Assembly (NCBI GenBank): GCA_036518275.1
Contig: DATDNK010000342.1
Coordinates: forward strand, 2,693-66,692
DNA from: Candidatus Acidiferrum sp.
Lineage (GTDB): Bacteria > Acidobacteriota > Terriglobia > Acidiferrales > UBA7541
Length of the DNA: 64,000 nucleotides
Direction: 5' to 3'
The notes under the pieces: model-generated
The model's database searches: none
Seen by the model: the letters and a program-made list of their open reading frames with translations, nothing else
Told to the model about the DNA's origin: nothing
Part shown: positions 56,808 through 64,000 of the stretch, one piece after another
Numbering within the stretch: the first letter of the stretch is position 1
Layout: each line of letters opens with the position of its first letter
Position numbers and translations under genes: made by a program

Positions 56808-59000
56808 TTACAGTCCGAACATAAAAAGAGCCTGACCTGCTGCCAACAAGATGACTTGGTGCCCATCCACTGTGATTGAGATTGGCGCAGCATAGCTATA
56901 GCCTCCCAGATAGACGCGCCACAACTCTTTTCCAGTCGCCGAATCTATCGCAAAAGCGAATCCCCCCGATTCCCCAAACACAAGGCGTCCGCCAGTCGCC
57001 AAGAGACCACTATATCCCAGTTGCTTCCCACCAGCGGGCGGGTAATGCTCCCATTTCTTCACTCCGGTTGCCGCATCCAAGGCTCGCACCACCGACACTT
57101 GATCGTATTCGCCCGCGGTACCCGAGCTTCCTGGATAGAATCCTTGGTTCCCCCGCCTGGGCTTCGGCGACTTTGTGAATACCGAAGCCCCTTCGGTGGC
57201 CGGAACGAAGACTAGCCCGCTCTTGTAGTCAAACGCGGCGTTTTGCCAGTTGATGCCGCCCCCGCTCCCTGGTTTCGTCAGTCGCCCAGAAGAAGTGAGG
57301 TCGGCATGTGAAGTCAGAATTGGACGCCCCGCCGAGTCGAGCTCTTTGGCCCAGTTCTCTTCGACAAAAGGTACGCCGACTAGGAACTCACCGGTCGTTC
57401 GGTCAAGCACATAATAGAATCCATTCCTGTCCGGCACGCACAATACTTGACGTAACACACCCTTAATCTTCAGGTCGGCCAGAATGGGAGTCTGGGTTGC
57501 ATCCCAGTCGTGCTCGTCATGAGGAGTGAACTGGAAATACCATGCCAGCTTTCCTGTGCTGGCATGCAAAGCGACCAAGCTGTCGGTGAACAGGTTGTCG
57601 CCTGGACGAACGTCTCCGTTGAACGCCGGAGCAGGATTACCTACGCCCCAATAAACGAGATCGAGAGATGGATCGTAACTACCCGTGACCCACGTTGACC
57701 CTCCTCCGGATTGCCAGGCATCATTTTTCCACGTATCGTGTCCAAATTCACCGGGACCGGGGATTGTGTTGAACCTCCACTTCTGCTGGCCGGTTTCCGC
57801 GTCGTAGGCTGCCACGAAACCCCGAATACCATATTCGGCGCCCGCAACGCCCACGATGACAGACCCGTTTGCGATGAGCGGTGCACCGGTCATGGTGTAA
57901 TCATCAGACGGGTTGCACACCTTGGTTTGCCAAATTACGTTTCCATTCTTTGCATCAATAGCAACCAAAACACAGTCGAGCTTTTGCAAGAAGAGCACAT
58001 TTCCCAAGACGGCAAGACCTCTATTGGACGCGGTGGTGTCTATCGGCAGGTTATCTGGGACGCTTCCCTTGTACGACCATCGGATATCTCCGGTCTTAGC
58101 ATCTAAGGCAACGACATCAGAAGGCGGTAGCGTTGTGAAAATGAATCCGCCCGCAACGATTGGTGTTGATTCAATCTTGCCCGTAGATATGTCGAATTGG
58201 CGAACCCATCGAAGCCGCAGCCGTGAAACGTTTTCCTGCGTGATCTCCTTCAACGGGGTATACCGTCGTCCATCGAGAGTGCCTGAGTAAGTCAACCACT
58301 GATCCTGCGCACTTCCCGCAGTACGAATTTGTTCATTGCTCACATGCAGTTCTATAGCTGACAATGGGTCTAGATTTCGGCTGGAAGCAGCAAACTGAAG
58401 AGCTCTCAGGTAGCCAACTACCTGCCATCGCTCCTTGGTCGACATCGACACGGAAGCCATACCGGTTTGCGGGATCCCGTCTCTTAAGACCTTGTACATG
58501 GCGAGGTCACTATCGCCGTGTCTAAGTGCCGAATGATTCAGTGCCGGCGCCAATCCCCCGGTTGCTTCATTACCGTGGCAGACCGAGCAGTGTTCTCGAA
58601 AGATTTGCTTACCCGCTTGATAATCGTTGGGCGTATTGAATGAATTCATCAGTGAACCATCTAAGCTGGAACCGGTTGTTACGAAGTTTTCCAGAGCGAA
58701 ACCGCCGTGAACGTGGGTCATGAACCACAATTCGCGCCAAGACAAATCAGGTATGTCGCCTTCCGCTTTGCGCGCAAAAAGGCGAGCGCGCCATAATACC
58801 TTGTTCCATGTCAAGCCATTTGCGCCGCCAACCAGTGATTTGAATACAAAGATGGCCCCTGCTACGAGCGTAACTATGACTGCGAGCGCGGCGACCGCAA
58901 GTAGCTTCCGCGGCAGTTTCGTTCGCGAGCGGTAATGCTTGGCGATTATGAGTGACAAACCGATGACAAGGACCGCTGCCAAGACGGAAAAAAGTATCAT
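56808..59000 (-). CDS. Membrane-anchored PQQ-dependent alcohol-dehydrogenase-like protein with an N-terminal cytochrome c domain
   Basis: Two N-terminal TM helices, 'CSVCHG' plus a distal Met, then beta-propeller motifs 'WLTYSG', 'STPIV', 'TGAP', 'GAEYGIRG', 'GNPAP', 'FQFTPHDEHDWD', 'RNGF', 'GGINW'. Confidence 0.9.
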   Translation of the reverse strand: MILFSVLAAVLVIGLSLIIAKHYRSRTKLPRKLLAVAALAVIVTLVAGAIFVFKSLVGGANGLTWNKVLWRARLFARKAEGDIPDLSWRELWFMTHVHGGFALENFVTTGSSLDGSLMNSFNTPNDYQAGKQIFREHCSVCHGNEATGGLAPALNHSALRHGDSDLAMYKVLRDGIPQTGMASVSMSTKERWQVVGYLRALQFAASSRNLDPLSAIELHVSNEQIRTAGSAQDQWLTYSGTLDGRRYTPLKEITQENVSRLRLRWVRQFDISTGKIESTPIVAGGFIFTTLPPSDVVALDAKTGDIRWSYKGSVPDNLPIDTTASNRGLAVLGNVLFLQKLDCVLVAIDAKNGNVIWQTKVCNPSDDYTMTGAPLIANGSVIVGVAGAEYGIRGFVAAYDAETGQQKWRFNTIPGPGEFGHDTWKNDAWQSGGGSTWVTGSYDPSLDLVYWGVGNPAPAFNGDVRPGDNLFTDSLVALHASTGKLAWYFQFTPHDEHDWDATQTPILADLKIKGVLRQVLCVPDRNGFYYVLDRTTGEFLVGVPFVEENWAKELDSAGRPILTSHADLTSSGRLTKPGSGGGINWQNAAFDYKSGLVFVPATEGASVFTKSPKPRRGNQGFYPGSSGTAGEYDQVSVVRALDAATGVKKWEHYPPAGGKQLGYSGLLATGGRLVFGESGGFAFAIDSATGKELWRVYLGGYSYAAPISITVDGHQVILLAAGQALFMFGL

Positions 59001-59121
59001 GACTGAGGATGTATCGGACTAAAGCCGGCACGCAACATGTAATTTGTCATTGTTTCGCCGCATTCACTTGGCGTCATGGGGTGACCCCGTTTACAAACTT
59101 CCCCGCGCAGAACCAAGAAAC

Positions 59122-59496
59122 CTAGGCGATTTTAACGATCGTGGTGCATTCGCCAAGATCCGATTCCCTGCCGTTTGGCATCTGCGCAGAAACAGCAAAC
59201 ATGTGTCTGCCAGGATTGAATAGAAGTGGCTTGGTTGTGACAGACATGCCTTTGACAAGCCCCGCGGAGCCAGGGGGTACGGCAAATGAACCCAGCTTCA
59301 CGCGTTTAGGTATCCCCGCAGAAATGTCGTAAAAGTTGAATTGTTCCACACACTTTTCTTTTACTGTTGGAGAACAAGCAGGAGTGATCTTGAAGTCGTA
59401 GTCAAAGGTAAAGGTAATCGTGTGCGTGGATTGCGACCTCAGGACGCTACCGCAAAGCATACTCACCAAGACCGGTGCCAATAGCTTATGCTTCAT
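59122..59496 (-). CDS. Small secreted protein, FN3-like beta-sandwich
   Basis: Signal peptide, then 'HTITFTFDY', 'EQFNFYD' and 'GRHMFAVSAQMPNGRES', resembling FN3 strands B, C and F-G. Confidence 0.7.
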   Translation of the reverse strand: MKHKLLAPVLVSMLCGSVLRSQSTHTITFTFDYDFKITPACSPTVKEKCVEQFNFYDISAGIPKRVKLGSFAVPPGSAGLVKGMSVTTKPLLFNPGRHMFAVSAQMPNGRESDLGECTTIVKIA

Positions 59497-59562
59497 GTTC
59501 GGTGTAGCCGAAATTCCCGTCTATATATGAGCGCTTCGATTAACGCCCTGTTGCTAAGGAGG

Positions 59563-60516
59563 CTACTTCCGCCCCCTTCCAGGTGTCGGCTCAGGTGGAT
59601 TCAGCCGGAATCGCAGGAGCGCGTGTCCGAGATTCTGTATGAACGCTTCGGAGGTGTACACATCGGAGCTCGAATTCAGGCCGGGGGGTGCCACCGGTTC
59701 CACTTCGTCCAGTTGGAATTCTCGCGCCACTTCTTCGATGTCGTCCGGCTCGATTGGACGTTTCTTCTGCGCATAGCCATTGATCAGGGAATGTTCGCAA
59801 ATCAAGTTGATGACGCGTGGAATACCGAGAGAAAACATGTGAATAGCTTCGAGAGCCTTGGGGCTGAAGATCGTCTCCCCCGAATTCGCGCCTGCAATGT
59901 GCAACCTCGCAAGGACGTAGTCATGCGTCTGCTCTTTATTGAGGGGCCCCGTCTTGCTGCGAATCATGATGCGCTGCCGCAACTGACGTAACTCCGGCAA
60001 CTTGAGTTTTTCCTCGAGCTCGGGTTGCCCGGAGAGGACAATCTGGAGAAGTTTTTCTGTCGAGGTCTCTAGATTCGTGAGCATCCGGATCTCTTCGAGC
60101 ACCGAGAGTGTCAGATTCTGGGCCTCATCTATAATCAAAATGGTTGTTTCTCCAGCCCGATAGCGCTCCAAAAGCCACTGATTCAGTTTCATCAGCTGTT
60201 GGCTTTTGGATTGCGAATCACACACAATCTCAAATTCTGCGAGGATGAAGTCGAATAGCTGCATCGAATTCATCCTCGAGTTAAAAATAAAGGCCGTCCG
60301 CGCCCGGCTCTCGCGCAGCCAGTCGAGGAGCCGATTTATCAAGGTCGTCTTTCCAGTTCCCACCTCACCGGTTAGCGTGATGATGCCTTTTCGAGTCTGG
60401 ATACCGTACATGAGGCTGGACAGAGCTTCTTCCAGCTCTTTTGTCATGAAGAGGTATCTTGGATCTGGATTTACGTTGAAGGGGTTTTCTTTGAGCCCCC
60501 AAAAAGCTTTATACAT
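59563..60516 (-). CDS. ExeA/GspA-family AAA ATPase (PEP-CTERM-locus secretion ATPase type)
   Basis: 'MYKAFWGLKENPFNVNPDPRYLF', Walker A 'GEVGTGKT', 'LIIDEAQNL', 'LSGQPEL', 'QLRQRI', 'GIPRVINLIC'. Confidence 0.92.
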   Translation of the reverse strand: MYKAFWGLKENPFNVNPDPRYLFMTKELEEALSSLMYGIQTRKGIITLTGEVGTGKTTLINRLLDWLRESRARTAFIFNSRMNSMQLFDFILAEFEIVCDSQSKSQQLMKLNQWLLERYRAGETTILIIDEAQNLTLSVLEEIRMLTNLETSTEKLLQIVLSGQPELEEKLKLPELRQLRQRIMIRSKTGPLNKEQTHDYVLARLHIAGANSGETIFSPKALEAIHMFSLGIPRVINLICEHSLINGYAQKKRPIEPDDIEEVAREFQLDEVEPVAPPGLNSSSDVYTSEAFIQNLGHALLRFRLNPPEPTPGRGRK

Positions 60517-60619
60517 GGTCTCCCTACTAGTTATCTTTTAATTATACCAGTTCTCGTTCAGTGGCTTCGTCCGCTTCTCTCGTCAATCGCTGAGGATGCT
60601 TCGCATCGGGACAAGCCTG

Positions 60620-62059
60620 CTAGTGCAGCACGAACGGTTGGGCACGCCAGTTTAAACCAACCGTGATCAAGTGTGTGGTGAAGCTCGCCCCACAATTCGC
60701 TGCTCCACACCCCGCATTGTTCGAAGTCTGTATGTTCGCGTTGTAGTTCAATCTGAAATCCGTAGTTCGGCTTAGTGGCCGCTGCAATCCTGCGCCTACA
60801 TAGATAGCATTGAACGCCGGCGTTTGCGTTCCCGTTGCTCCGCCCAAATTCGTGTTCCGTGCGTATCCGACGCTTGCGTTTCCGCTCCATATGCGAGTTA
60901 ATTTTCGTGTCCCGCTCCCCATGATCTGATCCGACGTTGCCCCCAACAAAACGCCGCCTCCGTTATTCACTCCGTGGTTGTAGCTCAGAGAAACTTCCGC
61001 AGCCTGGAATGCATATGTCAAGTTTGCTGAAGCCGAAGGCGCGATATATTGGGTCTTTGTACCAGGTCCTTGGGGCACCCTATAGTTCGTTACTTCCGGG
61101 CCGCCCGAGAGCTGGAGCGCTAGGCGCCCAGTCAGTTTCTTACCGTACACGGCCTGTGCCAGATGATCTCCGATGGCCTGTGGCGTAGCAAGATAGTGAT
61201 ACGCACTAAACCGGTACGACAGGCCGAGTGTGTCGGTCCTGCTCACTTGCAGGTTGTAGCCCGCGGCCAGGTTTACGTCATTGGATTCCACGTTTCCCGA
61301 TTTCGTGAATCGCAGAATGCTAAAGACTCCGCCAAACGTTAGTGAATTCCTCGGTGTAAGTGCGTAATTGAGTTGTGTTCCAGAAGAATTGGAGTAACGC
61401 GGGCCGAGTGCTGCAAAAATCGACTGGTTCGGTGTGAACCCATTCTGCAGGCCGGGCAAGGTGGGAGCCAGTGGACCACCCACTCCCGGAACAGCGAGCG
61501 GAGTACCTGCTCCAAAACCAAACTGTGAAGCCGGAAGGTAGGAAAATTGATCCAACATAGTCAGTTGGGTGCGGCGCCCATTGAATGTCTGGAATGCTCC
61601 GAATTGCTCAAATTGTCCGTTACCCACGGCGGAGTTAGATGAAAGAGTTCCACCCCCTGAGTAGTTCAATGACAACTGCGACGATCTCCAATTCTGAGAA
61701 AGACTGAGGTTCCCCACCACGTAGCTCGTTGAGGACCAACCACCACCGCCTCCTTGTGCGAGCCCATTCGATTGGATAGTGTTCGTGTAGGAAATGCCCG
61801 GAATCCAATAGCTGTGCCTTTCGGGAGGCGTCCCGATGGTCAGTTGCTGAAAGCCAGTCAAAGGGTGATCGTCTGGTTGCATCGCTTCAATTGGCTGATT
61901 GGGTTCCTGATCTTCCCCGCCCCCGATCGGAAAGAGCACTTTCGCCGCGGGTTTTGGTGGTGTGTCGTTCTGCTGGTCTTGTGCACGGGTCTCAACCGGA
62001 AACAAGGCTATCCCAGCCAGAACTACTGCAGCACTAAGGAATTTCTTCCAGGATTTCAT
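60620..62059 (-). CDS. Outer-membrane beta-barrel partner of the polysaccharide export protein
   Basis: Signal peptide, many amphipathic beta-strands ('LSLNYSGG', 'LNYALTPRNSLTF', 'ASANLTY', 'ITVGLNW'). Directly downstream of the short wza. Confidence 0.75.
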   Translation of the reverse strand: MKSWKKFLSAAVVLAGIALFPVETRAQDQQNDTPPKPAAKVLFPIGGGEDQEPNQPIEAMQPDDHPLTGFQQLTIGTPPERHSYWIPGISYTNTIQSNGLAQGGGGGWSSTSYVVGNLSLSQNWRSSQLSLNYSGGGTLSSNSAVGNGQFEQFGAFQTFNGRRTQLTMLDQFSYLPASQFGFGAGTPLAVPGVGGPLAPTLPGLQNGFTPNQSIFAALGPRYSNSSGTQLNYALTPRNSLTFGGVFSILRFTKSGNVESNDVNLAAGYNLQVSRTDTLGLSYRFSAYHYLATPQAIGDHLAQAVYGKKLTGRLALQLSGGPEVTNYRVPQGPGTKTQYIAPSASANLTYAFQAAEVSLSYNHGVNNGGGVLLGATSDQIMGSGTRKLTRIWSGNASVGYARNTNLGGATGTQTPAFNAIYVGAGLQRPLSRTTDFRLNYNANIQTSNNAGCGAANCGASFTTHLITVGLNWRAQPFVLH

Positions 62060-62068
62060 CTTCGACTC

Positions 62069-62704
62069 CTATGGCACAATAATCGTGTCTCCCGGCTGTA
62101 ATTGAAGGTTGTCCTCCGGTTTCTTCCCGTTGATGACGTCTTTGTAGTTAAACGGGCGTTTCACCTGTTTCTCACCCTCCATCCGCAACACGTAAATGCC
62201 TTTGATCTTTGCGAATTGCGTGAACCCGCCAGCGCTCGTGAGTGCTTGTAACACTGTCATGCCCGGCAGAAGTGCGAATGAGCCTGGATGGGTCACTTCG
62301 CCGGTCACATAAACTCGTCGGCTATTAATTTCCACCATGCTGACTGTTACCTGCGGGTTGGTAAGATATTTCTTAAGCTCATCGCGAATGACGCCCGCTA
62401 ACTCCATGGGAGTTAGCCCGACAGCTTGTATATCATTCAACAGCGGTAGGGTGATCTTCCCATCCGGGCGGACTGGGACGGTCCGCGTAAACTGGTCTTC
62501 TCTCCAAACATCGATCTTAAGTACGTCCTGCGCCCCAATCTTGTACGCGGGATCGTCTGCCGCGGCAGGAGCAGCGCTTGGACTTGCAAGACTCTTTGAT
62601 TCTTTCGCGTCTTCTTTCTTTTCTTGCGCTGCAGTGTCCTGAGCATTTGCAGTTAAGCTGGTCGCCATTAAAGCGGTCAGCATGATTAAAATCAAATTTC
62701 GCAT
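62069..62704 (-). CDS. wza: Polysaccharide export protein (OPX/Wza, Poly_export + SLBB, short form)
   Basis: 'YKIGAQDVLKIDVW', 'VRPDGKITLPLLNDIQAVG', 'VYVTGEV..PG', 'AGGFTQFA', ends 'LQPGDTIIVP'. Confidence 0.93.
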   Translation of the reverse strand: MRNLILIMLTALMATSLTANAQDTAAQEKKEDAKESKSLASPSAAPAAADDPAYKIGAQDVLKIDVWREDQFTRTVPVRPDGKITLPLLNDIQAVGLTPMELAGVIRDELKKYLTNPQVTVSMVEINSRRVYVTGEVTHPGSFALLPGMTVLQALTSAGGFTQFAKIKGIYVLRMEGEKQVKRPFNYKDVINGKKPEDNLQLQPGDTIIVP

Positions 62705-62718
62705 TGTTCCGTTCCTTC

Positions 62719-63666
62719 CTACTCCTCTTCGAGGCCGGTTTGTTTAATCTTGTAGAGAAGTGATTTGTAACTGATTTGGAGTTGTTGGGCCGCCCGTTTC
62801 CGGTTCCAATGGGTCAGCTCAAGGGCTTTCGCAATCAAGTCGCGCTCCGCCTTTCTCGAGGCGGTTCTGGCGGCTGCTTTCAACGAAAGACTTCGTGGCT
62901 CTTCCCAATGCCCGGCCTCAAGCACTGGCCTCTCTCGGAGTTCTTGAATCGCTTTTGCCGAATCACCCAGCAGCACGACCCTTCTGGCAAGATTCTCCAA
63001 TTCGCGGACATTACCTGGCCAGTCGTGCATCATGAGGAATTCCATCTCGTTATCACTGAGGACGGGAGCGTCACGCCCTAATTCGGCGGCGTGTTTCGCC
63101 AGGAAATAGACCAGGAAGGGTGGGATATCTTCCTTTCTGTCTCGAAGCGGTGGGAGGTGTACGCAAACGCCGTTGATGCGAAAATACAACTCTCGCCGAA
63201 ACCTCCCTGATTCAATTTGTTTTTCCAAGTCCCGCGAAGTCGAGGCGATGAGGCGCACACGATTGAGGTGGCTCTCGTCCGCTTCTCCGTCCGGCAAGAT
63301 AGAAAGCAACACCTTTTGGTTTTCTAGGTCCAGCTCATCAATATTGTCCAAAAAAAGCGTTCCCAGCCCATTCGCAGAGCTCTCAACGCCCCGTCTCAAC
63401 TCCAGCCTGAGTGTGAATAGCTCAGCCTGTTCCACTGCCCGGCAGCTCACTTTCCTCAGCGGCACGTGGCCGTGCTCGGAAAGCCGATGAATCATCCTGC
63501 CATAGACTTCTTTCCCAGTTCCGCTCTCCCCCATTAGCAGCACCGGGATATTGGTACGAGCAATCTCCTCAACCAGCGAATTTAGACCTTGGATGGTCGG
63601 GGAATGGCCCTTTACGAAGTTATTGCGTACAGGCCGCACAGAGGCGTCATTGAGGAATGAACTCAT
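62719..63666 (-). CDS. Degenerate sigma-54 enhancer-binding protein (AAA+ plus Fis-type HTH, no sensory domain, no GAFTGA)
   Basis: 'LMGESGTGKE', 'GTLFLDNID', 'FRRELYFRIN', 'LPPLRDRKEDI', 'DWPGNVRELEN', HTH 'WNRKRAAQQLQISYKSLLYKIK'. Confidence 0.9.
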   Translation of the reverse strand: MSSFLNDASVRPVRNNFVKGHSPTIQGLNSLVEEIARTNIPVLLMGESGTGKEVYGRMIHRLSEHGHVPLRKVSCRAVEQAELFTLRLELRRGVESSANGLGTLFLDNIDELDLENQKVLLSILPDGEADESHLNRVRLIASTSRDLEKQIESGRFRRELYFRINGVCVHLPPLRDRKEDIPPFLVYFLAKHAAELGRDAPVLSDNEMEFLMMHDWPGNVRELENLARRVVLLGDSAKAIQELRERPVLEAGHWEEPRSLSLKAAARTASRKAERDLIAKALELTHWNRKRAAQQLQISYKSLLYKIKQTGLEEE

Positions 63667-63692
63667 AAACCTAGCCTAATTAGGAAGATGAA

Positions 63693-63708
63693 AGCAAAAG
63701 GTCGTCCA
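63693..63708 (-). promoter_or_regulatory. Sigma-54 promoter of the bEBP-wza-barrel-ATPase operon
   Basis: Minus-strand TGGACGACCTTTTGCT (GG-N10-GC), 26 bp before the ATG. Confidence 0.75.
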
Positions 63709-63743
63709 TGAGGACAATTCTTTCACGACACCAAGTCCTTAGC

Positions 63744-63768
63744 TAAGTTGTTTAGTGTCAGCACTTTA
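63744..63768 (+). promoter_or_regulatory. 25-bp IHF-like box
   Basis: TAAGTTGTTTAGTGTCAGCACTTTA, 37 bp from the -24 G, the same offset as at 3328 and 49156. Confidence 0.6.
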
Positions 63769-64000
63769 CCGGAAATCGAATGGTTAGTTCTTGCGATGCA
63801 CAGTCCCCAAAGTCCCAATTCTTTTCCCAGAAGTTCTAGTTTCTTGCCCTGCCCCACATAGGGTGAGGCATCGCTTTCCAAGGGTAGGACTAACGACCGT
63901 GTGCGTACCTCGCGGCGGGATAACACGAAGCGACTTGCACAGACAGCAATCACTGAGAGGATACAACGTTCCCTCGGAATCCTAAGGGTTAGGAATTGTC

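Noticed and set aside
1-64000. CRISPR arrays, rRNA/tRNA, transposases, integrases, prophage genes
   Set aside because: No spaced direct repeats, RNA-gene signatures or mobile-element ORFs were seen by inspection.

Overview
One continuous cell-envelope locus. The gene set suggests Acidobacteriota (Terriglobia-like), but that is an inference. It is a roughly 64-kb Wzx/Wzy-type exopolysaccharide/glycoconjugate cluster tied to an exosortase/PEP-CTERM system. The left end has a split Wzc (chain-length protein plus BY-kinase), an exosortase and a divergent PEP-CTERM gene. The middle, almost all on the + strand, has a WbpB/D/E-like amino-sugar trio, a GDP-heptose pathway (hddA/hddC/gmhA/gmhB), glycosyltransferases, Wzy/O-antigen-ligase and Wzx, two asparagine-synthase-like enzymes, GNAT/FemAB proteins, deacetylases, a pyruvyl transferase and methyltransferases. 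It also has a complete sulfation module (sulfotransferase, Sat-CysC, CysQ), a Cys-less Rrf2/TauE/barrel operon, an RfbF/RfbC cassette and a GT-C plus Dpm1-like pair. The right end, on the - strand, has a degenerate sigma-54 activator, a short non-lipoprotein Wza, a beta-barrel, an ExeA-type ATPase, a small FN3-like secreted protein, a cytochrome-c/PQQ dehydrogenase and a secreted repeat protein. Five things stand out. (1) Two unrelated secreted proteins end in the same orphan FN3-strand-A-like peptide (GTPPAxPTxLxAxVx-stop), and a nearby secreted FN3-like protein seems to lack exactly that strand, suggesting a donor-strand docking or sorting system. (2) Self-contained PAPS supply and recycling point to a sulfated glycan. 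(3) Six sigma-54 promoters can be read directly from the DNA, with a shared UAS / 25-bp IHF-like box / -24/-12 layout. (4) One of them drives a GAFTGA-less, Walker-B-mutant pseudo-activator. (5) A cupin-CheR fusion sits in a glycan locus. No rRNA, tRNA, CRISPR array or transposase was seen. All family calls come from recognising motifs by eye, not from database searches.
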